A stretch of 64,000 nucleotides of DNA from Catajapyx aquilonaris (taxonomy: Eukaryota). The notes under the pieces are model-generated. The model saw only the letters and a list, made by a program, of their open reading frames with translations, did no database searches and was not told the DNA's origin. The stretch lies in the NCBI GenBank assembly GCA_000934665.2, contig KZ538401.1, positions 1-64,000 of the forward strand, read 5' to 3'. Positions 51,118-64,000 of this stretch are shown piece after piece (positions within the stretch are counted from its first letter, which is position 1; every line of letters starts with the position of its first letter). The translations under genes were made by a program, and so were the position numbers.

Positions 51118-54100
51118 GGTCTACATAATGGCAGTGTTACCTTTGCTACATATAATGAAAGGGCAACATCATCGTCCTTATAACATGAACTGCATGCCCA
51201 CACACCCTCCTTCATCATTAGCAGTAGCAAACTGCTTGCTTTTGAGATAGAATATCCCGCACATTAAGGCACACTCTGCAGCCTCGTTAGGTGAGTGCAA
51301 GAGCCAACACAATATGGAGTGGAGGGCGCACGATGCATCCACCACCCATTTAGGGGCCAGGTGAAGCGTCAATTACGGCTCTACACAACCACATGAACAA
51401 CTCCATTCTGCCAACACCACACAGGACATTTGACAGTTTTGTAAAACGTGAAACGCCTCCATCCTGACCCCCGCAGAGCCACATGAAAATTTCCAAGTGA
51501 AGCCCCCCCCCCCTCCCCCCACGTCCAAACTTGGTCAGAGGGGGGGCCTGGATGGTGGGGAACAGAGCAGTAGTGTTCAATGACTTTCCAACACAATGGC
51601 GATGGGGCGGGGAGGGGTGGTGGATAGTAGGGTGGAGTAGTTATTTACTGCAATGCGTGTTAGCCGCACAATGCTCCATTTCTGTCGGTGGCGGTGGAGC
51701 CAACCGCCGGATCTTGTGCACGCCCAGAGAGCTATCACAAAATGAGGTTGCGGCCTGTGTGGAGCGGGTCATGCACTATAAAGTGGACTAGTGTAGCATG
51801 TACCGGCGGGGGCCATGTCACGCTTTGCCAGTGTGCCACAATGAAGAGCACCGTCCGCAAATTCGGTCTAATTCTCTGATACGGACCAGTATTTTTTATG
51901 ATTGAAAAAAATCCTGATGGTTTGCACTCTCCAAAAAGCTTGTTCTCTACCATCAGTACTTGTCCGTCAGAAAATATCCACTGAAAGCAAGTTAATCAAA
52001 CAATGAACTGCACTCGGCTCTAATCTGTGCTAATTTATGGCCTGTGTTACATACACCGATGCTCTAACCTCAGTTCGAAAACACCAAATGCGATACTGTC
52101 GAAGGGCGTAATTTCAGAGAGCTTGTCTGAAATTACTCGGATTGCAGTGCCCGAATGATAAATCAACACTAACCCGGTAAAACGTGTTGGATTACAGCCG
52201 TTGTTGCATCAGATAATCAAGATGTCACTACACTATACAAGGACTAAATTAGTCATAAACTCTGCACTTTTTCCCCATCTGCTGTCATAAAACATGCTCA
52301 AAATATTCATCTTGTGTTTGGCCGTAATGCGACGATAAAACATGCAAGATCAAAAGTTTTATGCCTGACACGTCGCCTTGCAACTGCAATGCTAAATTAA
52401 CTTGCCTCACGATCCTTTAACTTAAAATTCCCGACATGACAGACCGGAAGAAAAGTTCGCCCAGCAAATTATCCCGCTATTTTGTATGAAATTGAGGAAC
52501 AAACGACTTGTACCCCCCACCCCCCCCTGGAAAGAAAGAAAAAAAAATTACCAAGGAGGACTTTTTTTTATTTTCAACATTCGTGCACCTCATCACGCTA
52601 CTGCATGACTCTCTCAATATCCTTATGACGCAATATTAAATTCACTCCCATCTTCTTTCAACTGCGCCGCATAAATTTTCCATCTCGTGCCGCATTACAT
52701 TTACGTTTGCCCATTTCTCTTGGAAGCGAAATATCTCGACGTCAGCTCAAACTGCTAGCAATTCGAGTAAGACCCATAAGTGAAGACAAACCTATTGGAA
52801 GCAGCAAAAGGAGAGGAGATAAGGCCTAATCGATTGCTTGCAGGCACACACCGATGCCTGTAAAGAGAAAACAAAGTGGCAATAGGAAGGCCCCGAAGAT
52901 CCTAGGCCTCCTTCATCCGGGAGGGGGGCTCAATCCGTATATATATCGTTTTGGCTCAACAATCCGATGGTGCTCCTATACCGCCCACAGGAAGAATCCC
53001 TCCGGAAAGAATGGAATCTTGCCTGCAATCAAGATCCCCTTGCAACAGGCCTTCAGATGTGGCAGTGGAGCCTTCTCTTCCTCCCCCTTCACCATCTGCC
53101 CCTCCCTCTCCGGCATCTCAGGACCAATACTTCACAATACGTCTACACCAAATGGAACAAGAGAGTCTCAATATTGAATTTGGAGCAATATTTCCTCTTT
53201 CAAAAGCGGCACAATGCCCATTGTTCCTCTTTGATGACGTTTGTTTCCCAGAAAAATGCTCCCAGGGACGTCGCGCGGGGAAAGAATACCCAAAAACCTA
53301 CTGGCCCTCGAGGCCACCCCCTTCAGCAGCAGTTCGGCTTCTTACCCAAGCAGACTACAGGATTAGATCAATGTAACTGCTTGCGCAGAATCTTGGCCAT
53401 AACTATTCTAGAGTAGGAGGGTGGAGAGGGGTAATCCCCGGGCCATAATTCGAGCTGCGGTATTAGCGGCAGATTAGGAGGACGTTATCCATAGTGGAGG
53501 AAGATGCAGCAACAGGGTGTTAAATTTCGGCCTCAAGATGGAAGCGCTACCAGTCGTCACTTGGAATTAAAAGCCTCGTTCTTTAGCCTTCGAAATGAGC
53601 GGCTCCCAATTTTTTTTTTCTGGCCGTGTTTTACGAGGCGGACTTGACTTTATGGCCGACCCAACCCACCATTTCTAAATGAGGGGGGAGTGAGCTAGGA
53701 TGTGGCAATCATATTTTGGTCTGCTCACATTTGCCAAGCGAAACGGGGGTGTTATCATTATTTTAGCCGAAGCACCATTTGCTTCCACCATCCAACTTGG
53801 ACTAATCTGATTAAGAGGCGTGAGATGATTCCCTTGCTTGTATATGGGGTGAGATGTGAGGGCTCCAGAAGGGACGATTACTGCTTTATCTAGGATGTGC
53901 TATTTTTTTATCCAGATTTTTTTCGTATGGTTGACAGCGTGGATTCAATCGTAGAATTGGGCCTTTTCAAACTCAGGGATGCTGTCGGTTTGCTGCAGTC
54001 CGAACATCGCATGTGGTGATTACGTAGTGGACAAAAGGGAGAAATTGCAAAAAAAAACGGAGTGTTGAGGAGAGTGGCGTTGCTTTTGCAGTTGCCAGAG

Positions 54101-56695
54101 GAGACAGAGAGCAACCTATGTGGCCCACACAAGCTTACCAACCATCCCGCAGCCTCATAAAAGTTTCACCATGTGCCTCCTGAGACCTTACGAAGCGTTT
54201 TCATCCGTGAATGCAACTTGTGCTCAGAAAGACTCGATTCACGGATGCCTGCGTCACTTTTCCGAATATATACTCTACAGCAGCCAAGCATGGCTGCGTT
54301 CCCTGTTTTCTAAACCAGCACTTAACCGCTTCACAGAGGCGTCAAATCCGCGCTCAAAACACAGTATATCACCGCAAATGGCAAAATGATCAATAAACGG
54401 CGTGACAAAATATTCATTGGGCTTCTATATTTCACGGGATTTGTTATTCATGGGATTCAATAGGAAGTGCCTTGCTGACTTCTTCATCGCCTCTCTTACA
54501 AAGCAAAGCCAATCTTCCGCTGATGCTTAATCAAAGGGAATTACGACGAAAAATGAGATGCCAGAGCATCTAATCGTCTTTTATCAACAAGGCCATTCAT
54601 TATTTTTAAACTTGGGCAGGCCGAGATCAAAAATCAAGGTCCAAACTTTCCCCTCTTCCAATATCTCCTTTATCCAAGCCTCTCGCCAATATTCTTATGA
54701 TTGGATTCCTGTGCTCCTTTCTTTGATAATGACTTTAAAGATCTTGCCAGCTTAAGAATTCTCCTTTCTTTTCTATTCTAATGACTCTTCCTTTTATGCC
54801 CAGATTGTTTGAAATTTCCGAAGGCAAGATGCATAGTAGTTGGGTCTTGTTTAAATTTTCAAATAACCTTAGGCGCATCCTTGCTTTGGCATCAGAAATT
54901 TCAGCTTATTTATCGGGACGAGGATACATTGATGTATTAACAACTTCTTCCGCGACGGAAAATTAATCCGCAAAATCTAATCAACTCGGTTTGAGTTTGA
55001 CGAAACTAATCTGCTCCACTTTTCCCTGCAAGAGAGAAGTCTGACTGGCGAAGAGAGCGTTAAATATTGAGTCGTCCGTATCCAAGATGTTCCTTAATAA
55101 ATGTCGAAATCAGGAATACAATCTATCTTATCTGGTATGTAAGTAGTTTACAAAACAATGGTTTTATCAATTTAACTGAAATGGTTACACATTGAAATGT
55201 TACAAAACGTTAGAAAAGAGCAATTTTTAGATGTAGAAATACCGACGCGACGGTTACCCAGTTAACTAGAGAGAGGGGGGGGGGGAGAGAGAGAGAGAGT
55301 TTGCTGCTTACTATTCAGATATGATACCATGGCTGTTACTTCATGGTAAGGTGCCTTGGTAAGGTGCCTTGTCCACACTATGGCCCTAAGTGGAGAGTAA
55401 CTGTTTGTGACACTAACAAGTGTAAGTTTCTCTCTAGGGTCCAACTACTTCATGCTCCCAATATACATTCCAATTGCACTGTTTTAAAATGCGAATAGTG
55501 TTAGAGGCTGATATCCAAGAACTTGTGCAAACGTTAAAGTTACTGTAGTTCTATGTACACTGCAACCCACTTTATATTCATTCCGACTCCTTCCAATCAG
55601 CAAAAAAATGTCACGCTTTAAAAATTATAAAGCAGAAATCCTCCACTCCCTTCCGCCCTACCAATGAGATGTCTCCTGAACTTCTCCTGAGCTGATGGCA
55701 ATATTCTACTAATACAGTGTCCATCCAGCTACAACCTGCCAGCTCCAACTGACCAGAAGGTTTCAAGACCTTCCACAAAAAAGCACTTCTACTTTTCTTC
55801 CCAATTGATTCCGTCTAAAAAGGTGGTAGAAATCCCCGCAGTACCCTCCGACCCCCTTCTCCGTATTAGAGAACCACGGAGCTTTCAAATAAGCTGCTTC
55901 TAAGCCTTCCACGTCACATCTTAGCCCGCTCAAACCTCAAAGTAAGGGTGGATGAGAGCCTGTACTCCGGAATGAAGAACAGAGCAGGCAGAGCAGATCG
56001 GCAAGTTTCTTTTCTGGCTGCTGGATGAGTTTCCTTAGGATGCCCTCCAAGCAAGCTCCTCTGCGCCATATCGATTGAGGACCCGACCCTTCCTTTCCCT
56101 CTTCCTTAGTCCTGGCACCTCTGCCTCACAGCCCATTCCTTGCCTCTCCCTCCTTCTCTTTCCCGCGCCTTTCCTTCTTCCGTGTGTGTGCCGCCGGCAC
56201 AATTCTTCCTTCCCTGCCCCCTAATGGAGTTAATGCAGCGGCCCAAGGTGCCTGCCAAGCCTCTCCATCCCACCTGGACCCTTCGGGCCCTCGTCGCAAA
56301 AATTCTCCCTCTTTGAATGGATTGCCTGCTGCTCAACAATGCATCGCTGCCTCCTTCCTATTCTAGATGCAGTAGTCCAATATGTAGACAGGAATGAAGG
56401 CTGGGCTTTCAGACTGTCATGACATCTTCAGCGATCTACGCCCACTTGAAGCAACACAGTAGGTATGCAGTATTCTTCTGGCTGCTTTGACGAATTCGTG
56501 CACTTCGGGTGTTGATGTTAGGGACTCACAATAGCACTACTGGGCCTTTACTTCTTGTTGCACACAGGGGACCTGGTTGTGCAGTATAACCGGACACTGA
56601 GGTGCTGTAGTGCAGTGAAGCCATGTTTAGAAGGCCATTGTAAGCTTCTAGAAAAGTCTGCATATGCGGGAAAGCGCGAGCTAGCTTTATACTCG

Positions 56696-56698
<3 letters not shown>

Positions 56699-56762
<64 letters not shown>
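56699..56762. repeat. (AG)n microsatellite, 32 units
   Basis: Directly visible. Confidence 0.98.
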
Positions 56763-56765
<3 letters not shown>

Positions 56766-59608
56766 TATATAGTAAGATGTAACTGCATATACTTACTGTA
56801 GGAAACGGCAACAGTAATTGCTTGAAAATTTTCGCTAATAATTAAAACCATGGATCAGATTACACCTGTCCATATAAAGTAGAAGCCTGCGACGTTGTTT
56901 GCTAGAACCTGCGTCGGTGCTAATATTGTTTGGTGTAAAATATCAGCGTTTCATTTCTTTTCCTGGTGTAAGTTATATAATTTGAGTTCATACAATAGGC
57001 CGCAATCATAATACGAATGTGGATCAAATAAAAACGATAAAAATGAAATAACTTAATTTATTTATTGGCCGGCCGTTTGGGATGCAATTTTAGATGAATT
57101 GTTGCGGACTCATATTCCACTTCTGATGAGTTCAGAAAGTTTGCCGAGAGTGGAGTGTTAGTCGTATACAGTGGCTGTGCAAAGATGGCGGCACCCCTTC
57201 TGGTATCCCCCAAAGAGGAGAAGAGAGCCCATATTCGGGTTTGGGGAGAGAATGGACAAATACCAGCGAAATGTATAGGCAAAAGTAAGACCTACACGAA
57301 TCTGCCATGTGTCTTGCAGTCACTCGTCTAAGAGTGATATAAAATATTCCATATAACGATGAAAGTAGTCTGACAGATGCGTCATTGCCAGGAAAATGGA
57401 ATGGAAATGTGACACCTGTTTTTTTTACAGCACTAGTAGACACGTGAATGCAAGACATACGGCAGAACTATTCTGTTCGTGCATTCCCCGATACGTTTTG
57501 TTGGGATTTGTTCCTGCTGTGCAAAAAAACGAATAAAATCAATCGCCTCCTTGGTGAATGTCTGATGCTGTCTGACCCACACTCCATCAATCGGCAGTCT
57601 ATCTAAGTTATGAGTATAAGCCTAATGCATGAATCCGTAACTTTTCCTCTCAATCAACATTCCAAACGGCAAATTTGAAACAGTTTTTTGCAAATTTCTC
57701 ATGTTCATAAGATCCCTGCGCTCCTCCTTAGAGCATTACTATAAGCACGCAGCCATCTTCACACATATGCTGTCCGACTACACCTCCACCTCTCCACAAA
57801 CATCCGGAAGTTATGGGTAAAACAATCCGAAACTGTTCCTTTTGAACGGCATCCCAAACAAGCCACTTTGTAACATTTTCATGGCAAGATTATTGTTTTC
57901 ATTTGTATAGCAGTTCTGTCGGGGCCGAGCAATTTCCAGGACCATGGCATTGCTACAATGCCATGGTCGCCTCCACTTTACCCCTCTTGTTTTTTTCTCT
58001 CTCTCCTTCTGGAGAAAATTGTGCTCCAGAGAAACCTAGAACAATTATTGACGCTTTCAGAAGCATTACAAATGAAAAAGGCAATTGACGGCGCTGAGGG
58101 AGAAGCACCACCGAGAAAAAGCAGTTCCGCTTTTTCTCATCATATCGCATATGATGATAGACTATAATTATTGTTAAGCTTGAAACAAGGTATGATTAAC
58201 TCTGATAATATTTTGTACCTCCATTAGTGATCTGCAGCCAAATACATGGGTTTTCATCATACGAGGATAATTGATGTGGTTTGGGGGGGTGCAAATGAGA
58301 GGTCAACTAGGCTTACGTTCCACGGACGATAATCATGAACTATCAAGTTTTCACGAGCAGTTAGCGTTGTCGAAGTTCTCACTCCTGCGGCAAATAAGCG
58401 CTGAAAATTCCAGGGAAAAAATTAGGTTCCAGTATTCATGCCATTGAATGCTGAATGATGCTCGAGGGAAGGTACTTGACTGGTCCCTATCATCAGGCCA
58501 TGTTGCACTTGACATGAGTGTTATATGCTTGCATTCATCACATCACGTTAGAGCAGCGCTGCTTTAGAAGCGTTTCATCACGCACTCTCACCCTTTCCAA
58601 ATATGAGAGTTGCACCAAGCTCCTCAGTCAGGATTTCCGCTCTATCCATTTATTTTAAGCTCCTTTAAATCCCCTGCTAATTAGAGATTCGCTAATGGCT
58701 CGATGGCATTCGAGATAAGGACGAAGCCAGGACTAATTTTCAACAAATAGATTACTACACCAAAGTTCTCGATATGCTATTTGTACTGTAGGCATCCTCT
58801 CACCATTCCTCCCTGACATGATGACAATACCATATCGATAAGGACCTTCCACTTACGTTATCTGCTCATTTGAAATTGGGAATCTTTCGGTGACATGTTT
58901 TCAGCCATGTGTTAGCAGTTACCACAAACTGCTTTGAAATACAACAGAGCATCGCCGAAATCTTGTGATCCACATCATAAAGGCCAGGAGTACAGAAAAT
59001 GTGTTATACATATCCTGCAGAGATAATCACAAGTATATGAAGTTTGTAGTGCCCGTAAGCACCCCTGGATGGTATTTATTAAAGATGTGTACTTTTATTG
59101 CATTGGACCTTCACGAAAAAAATGATCACTTATTGATTTCCCCGTGCATATTGCCAATCATGGCAGAGGCTGACTCCACCTACCTATCTCCACACCCTGC
59201 CATCCTTGATCTCGCCTTCTGGTTGGGTTGTCACCAAAATCGTGGCACCCGCATCTGACAAGATTTCTTATTTACAAGCAACTTTTTTGCGACTCCGCAA
59301 CTTTCTCCAGTTATTATTGCATAATCATGTTTCATAATATTTTAGCACACTAGCACTTCCAACCAATTTAAATTATTTAAAAATTCCTGACTAATAATAA
59401 ATACTGCATATAACTACGTAAATTTGGTTCACTTCTTGAAGCACTTATTGTTGATACTATAGAGTATAGACAACCTTTGGTTCCTAGTGTGCAGTCCAAT
59501 AATATCTTTAAGCAATTATATTTACTAATATGAACATACATTGAACTTGTAGGTAAGCATAGGAAACACCTCAGAGTCTTAGTATAGTCTTAGTATAGTG
59601 AGTTGTCA

Positions 59609-59661
59609 GCGTAGGGCTTGCCCTCCTCCTCTGGGACTTATGAGGAGGGCAAGCCCTACGC
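59609..59661. repeat. Perfect 20-bp hairpin with a 13-nt loop
   Basis: GCGTAGGGCTTGCCCTCCTC-CTCTGGGACTTAT-GAGGAGGGCAAGCCCTACGC. Confidence 0.92.
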
Positions 59662-62600
59662 ATACTCTACAGAGCTGATTTTTCAGAGGAGTGACAGGCG
59701 TGTGCAAAGAGTGGGAGTTGTGGCCGGTGAAGAAGGCAACCGAGACCGACTTCGAATCAGCCCCGCGGCTGGCCTCCCTACGTTTAGAAGATTTAAAACT
59801 TCTTCACATGCATGCATTATCTGTACCACTACAGTATATGTCACGTGCCTGTATAAGGCAAACAAATTGTGAGATGTTTGTGGAGCCGTGCCCCCAAAAG
59901 ACCTTTATGACTAACCATCACGGAATTTGTTATCGTACTTTCTTGCAAGACCACCTGAAAATGATAACTGCAGAGATATTAAGTAATATATCATGTAGCT
60001 ACTCACAGTAAAGCACTGTTTCAATCCGAATGATGCCTATAACTTAGCATAATCATAATTTTCTTTGTCGTGATAGTCGGAGACTACAATGCACTCAATT
60101 TTTCAAGAAGATCAATATCCAGTTTTGGGGCACTGAACGAAAAAAAGGCAATCTTTTCGCAGCCTCCACCGTGAAATATAAGAGCAGAAATAGTGATAAG
60201 ACGGGGAATAAATACGTATTGGAAGAAATGCATCTCGTGTACGTATATATAGATCTCGACATCTCAAGAGAAAGCACCGTATATATAGATCAAGCTGACT
60301 TTCATGCAGCAATATCTTTTTCATGCTCAGTAGGCAACTGATAGAATGTCACAAACGCATTCCCAGAGCGACCGTTAAAACATACGATCGAAATCACTAT
60401 CAAGTGATAGGGTTATCGCGCACGGCGTCCGGAAAACGAGAAACAAGTGAAACACTCCAGCCTAGAAGCCTTGAGAATTCCTATAGCTCCACAATTCAGA
60501 GGAAGAAAAATGGAGTGGAACTGCTCCCATTTGCGCAGCCCATAAGTAACAAACTCTTTCCCTCGTTCTGAAGTTAAGTGGAGGCACTGGAATAACATTG
60601 CAAAAGGGGTAAAATGGAATTGATAGCAAAATGGGGCTGAACCTTCTTCAGACACCAAAAAAAAGTCAACGTCCCTGAAAAATCACATACTGAATATAAT
60701 GTAGCAAATAACTCGACTTTTAGTTGAATTTATTATAATTATCTTGCTGCTATTTCAAGTGCTATTGAATGTTCCTAATAATAAAAAGTGACAATTTTAT
60801 GAAAAAATATATTTCAATATATAAAATCTGAGGTTGAAAAAGCAGCCAAGGGTTTGTCAGATTCCATTATTCATAAACGGTAATTTTTCCTGAGTGCTTT
60901 TGACTAGGACACGATAAAAGTTTGCGGCAGCAATGCATAAACCTCTCGCGAAGACGGAAAAAAAAATTCTTGGGAACCGTGCGTTGTGATAGCATAAGTT
61001 TTATTTATAATTGTGCTCCCCCTGGATTGCACGGTTTCCCCGGCATAAATTTAGAAGATTAAAGGTTCCTTTCCCGAGGAAGGAAAAGGGGAATATCTGA
61101 GCCAACGACCAGGGAACAAGCTACCGTTTAGAAAAATGGGAACTTATCCCAACCTCATCGCCATCTCGTATTTTGAATGAGAAAAGCGTGGTATCAATCA
61201 TTTCGCAAGCCCTTAATGGTACTTTTTTTTCTTCTCCGCCCTGAAGCAGTTTCTCCTCTTATCCTCCAGAAGAAAAGAGCCTTCCTCGGATAAAAAATAA
61301 CGATGATTTATCTCCCACCAGTTTGCAATAAAGCGGGTCAGTATAAGCAAAGTTTCCTCCCTTCCACGTTAGCTAGAGCCCTTTGTGCTGACCGCCAGTA
61401 TAGCAGCAGGGTAAGGTCATCCTCGACATATATCCGAGTTTAGCTGAGCCCGGCCTTAAAAACAACAGCAAGATATTAGAGTGTCGGGCCAGCCAAGGGA
61501 TTAGAGAAGATTCGTCCGGAATGAGTTTTTGGTGCGCAGCTTTAGCTAGTGAAAAGTGAGACGGAGCGTGAGAGGATCGCAGCCAGAGACTGCAATAAGA
61601 CTCGTGGACTTGATTCGGGATTTTAGAGGGAGACCGTTAATAAAAATAATAGTAGCGCAAGTTTGGGTGACCTAACCCTATGTGGCCAGAAACGAGTTAT
61701 ATGATTGGTTTTCAAGTCTGGGAGAATTCGTCATTATTCTAGTTTTTTTGGGGGCGAATTCTCCAGAGAGCCGGAATGAATAACCAAGTGCAATAAATCC
61801 TGGGAGGCTGCAGAGCTTCCTAGATTAGAATTTCATCGACACAAGATTAGTGGGCCTCCAGACCGGCACACGAACATGCAAATTACAAGCCCCTGTTTTT
61901 CGACCGGTGAAAGAGTAAGTTGGGAGAATCCGCTTGAGACTTGAGTCTCTCAAACTTTTGTCAAAGGTAGTTGGAGGCAACATGCACACTACGAAATCCC
62001 CCATGGCGACCAGGCAAGGGTGGTCTTCTGGCTTCAAACCACGGCGGCTAATGATGATTGTTCAGACGCTACCTGGCATTGTGCCCTCTACACCCGCATG
62101 GAGCAATTAGGAAATGCTTCTAATCGGTATCCACATGCAAGCACTAAGCCCTTCTCCAAAATGGCATAGAGCCAAAAAAACACGCCCACTGTCATTTCAC
62201 ACTTCCCATCATCGATCTGGTCATAGAACAAAAAAAAAAAAAGTTTCGCATGCAGCACTTACTCCGACCATAGTCTTTTTCACGATGGTGGATAAAAAAA
62301 ACGTGCTAAAAATTATTTATCCCCATTCGACCATAAACTTGGACCACCCAGTTAAAGAATCCCGGTACATAACTTTCCTCGCAAATACCACTGCCGCTTC
62401 GATTTAGTTGGCCTCGCAGGGTACGACAGAATTTACCTTCGCCTGCGGCTCCAAATGCAATTTATTTTACGGAACCACCACAGAGCAGCTTGGGTTACTT
62501 GGACAGAAATAGATTTCCAATAGCGCACTACGCATACCATTTGATTGGAAATCAACAGGCTCACATGGTGTATACTGTGCGTCTCTGCCCTCTAAAATCC

Positions 62601-64000
62601 GGTTGGTCTGACAGAACCAAATTTATTTAGCAATGGGCTTATCGCAACTGGCCGTGTGACCATGGAACCGCATTCCCTACCCTAAATTGATTGCCATCGG
62701 TTTTACGCGCTCATATTCGCAGATCAATTGACAGCTGTGAAAAAATGCTGGCCTCGTAAAGCAGAATCCACACTAGTGCAAGTGTTGAGAGAGCTACATA
62801 TCCACCTATCCGCAGCTTTGACATGTGCTGGCCACTTCATTATTATGCCTATCGTCAGTTCTAATCGTTCCTCAATAGCAAAATCATGCAAACTCGACTT
62901 TACCTTTCCGCCGACCATAGTACAAAGTCGACTGTATATTATAGAAATTCCAACAACAGATGAAATGGTGATGATTCGATGCTAAATGCGTGATGTTGCT
63001 GTCATTTTTAAAAAAACCATTCGAGCAGATTTCAGATCAGAATATTCCTGAACTGATAAGAGAGAGTTATGAACTCAAAGCGTTTCCTTTGGGAATCCAT
63101 GCGAGCGTTGCTTCGCATGTTTTATGGCGGTGTCAAAGTCAATATATTCATGCCCGTTGTTATGAATTGCTTCCCTTTAGCGCCCCACTAATCAACATTT
63201 CTGATCAAACTACACAATCTGTGATTTCGGATATTTTTTATAGGCGTCTGAATTCTTTAAAATTAACACAAATACACGTTCAATAGTCATCTTAAACTGC
63301 TTCATAAGATTAAAAATACAGCAAGTTGCATTCTTTCAACTTAATGATGATGATAGTATAAGTCGGTCATATGGCTGAGGCAGAGACTCCGCAGTAGTTC
63401 CTCTTCCCGGAATCAACATGTCAGACTGACAAAGTTTATTGTGTGGCTCAAGAAGGAAGAGTTCCAAGGGACTTGTGTCGTAGTGAAAGTATGCCCGGCG
63501 TATATATATGAACGTGTGTAGGAAAAATATCTGTCAAGCTGCGCCGCTTTTCCGACTGTTGTAATTCCTCACCCGCTGCGCTCTTCGCATTCATCAAAAA
63601 GGGGTTTGTGTAGCGCCACACTTGCCTATTTTAGAAGTCAGCTGCGATAAGCAAAACGTCTAGAAATTGGACAACTTTCGCGAGAGAGCTCTGACTGATT
63701 GTGCGAGTTGGTTGAAGAATTAAAATTTCACGGCTGTAACTCTCTGGAAGATGGAAATCTGCGGAAAGCCACAAATGCACGCATTATTTCCTGAAATTGC
63801 GGTTGGAATTATATTAACAAACATTTTCTAAGCGATTTATGTGATTTGGTGAATTGTTCGTGACCTGCCCAGTTTGCAATAAAAAAAGTACGTTATGAAA
63901 ATATATTTTTAAAGGCTTACTGCCGATAAACAGAAACTGCCCCCAGGTTCTTCCAGAGAGACTGAGAAAAACTTTTCAGCAAGCCCATTGGAGACGTCGT

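Noticed and set aside
57113..57156. Hammerhead-like CTGATGAG..GAAA with a flanking stem; a weaker case lies near 23918
   Set aside because: Stem II and III and the GAAAC...UH core are not intact.

Overview
This is eukaryotic (metazoan, probably arthropod) non-coding DNA. No ORF in the track resembles an intact known protein, and I see no rRNA, functional tRNA or CRISPR array. AT-rich blocks packed with small non-autonomous DNA transposons (MITEs and foldbacks, often nested 2-3 deep) alternate with GC-richer blocks lacking recognisable TEs, which look like cis-regulatory or intronic DNA. Microsatellites and poly-G/C runs are scattered throughout. Main observations: (1) a TA-flanked MITE whose ~220 bp inverted arms run into a tRNA-Met-derived Pol III cassette; (2) two copies of a long foldback element whose arm-to-arm comparison shows an empty/filled MITE site and small TA-CAG-TA / TA-CG-TA insertions resembling Tc1/mariner excision footprints, a motif that looks over-represented across the window; (3) decayed spliced exons of a possible BEN/DUF4806-like TE accessory gene. 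All calls are by eye, so coordinates may be off by a few bases.
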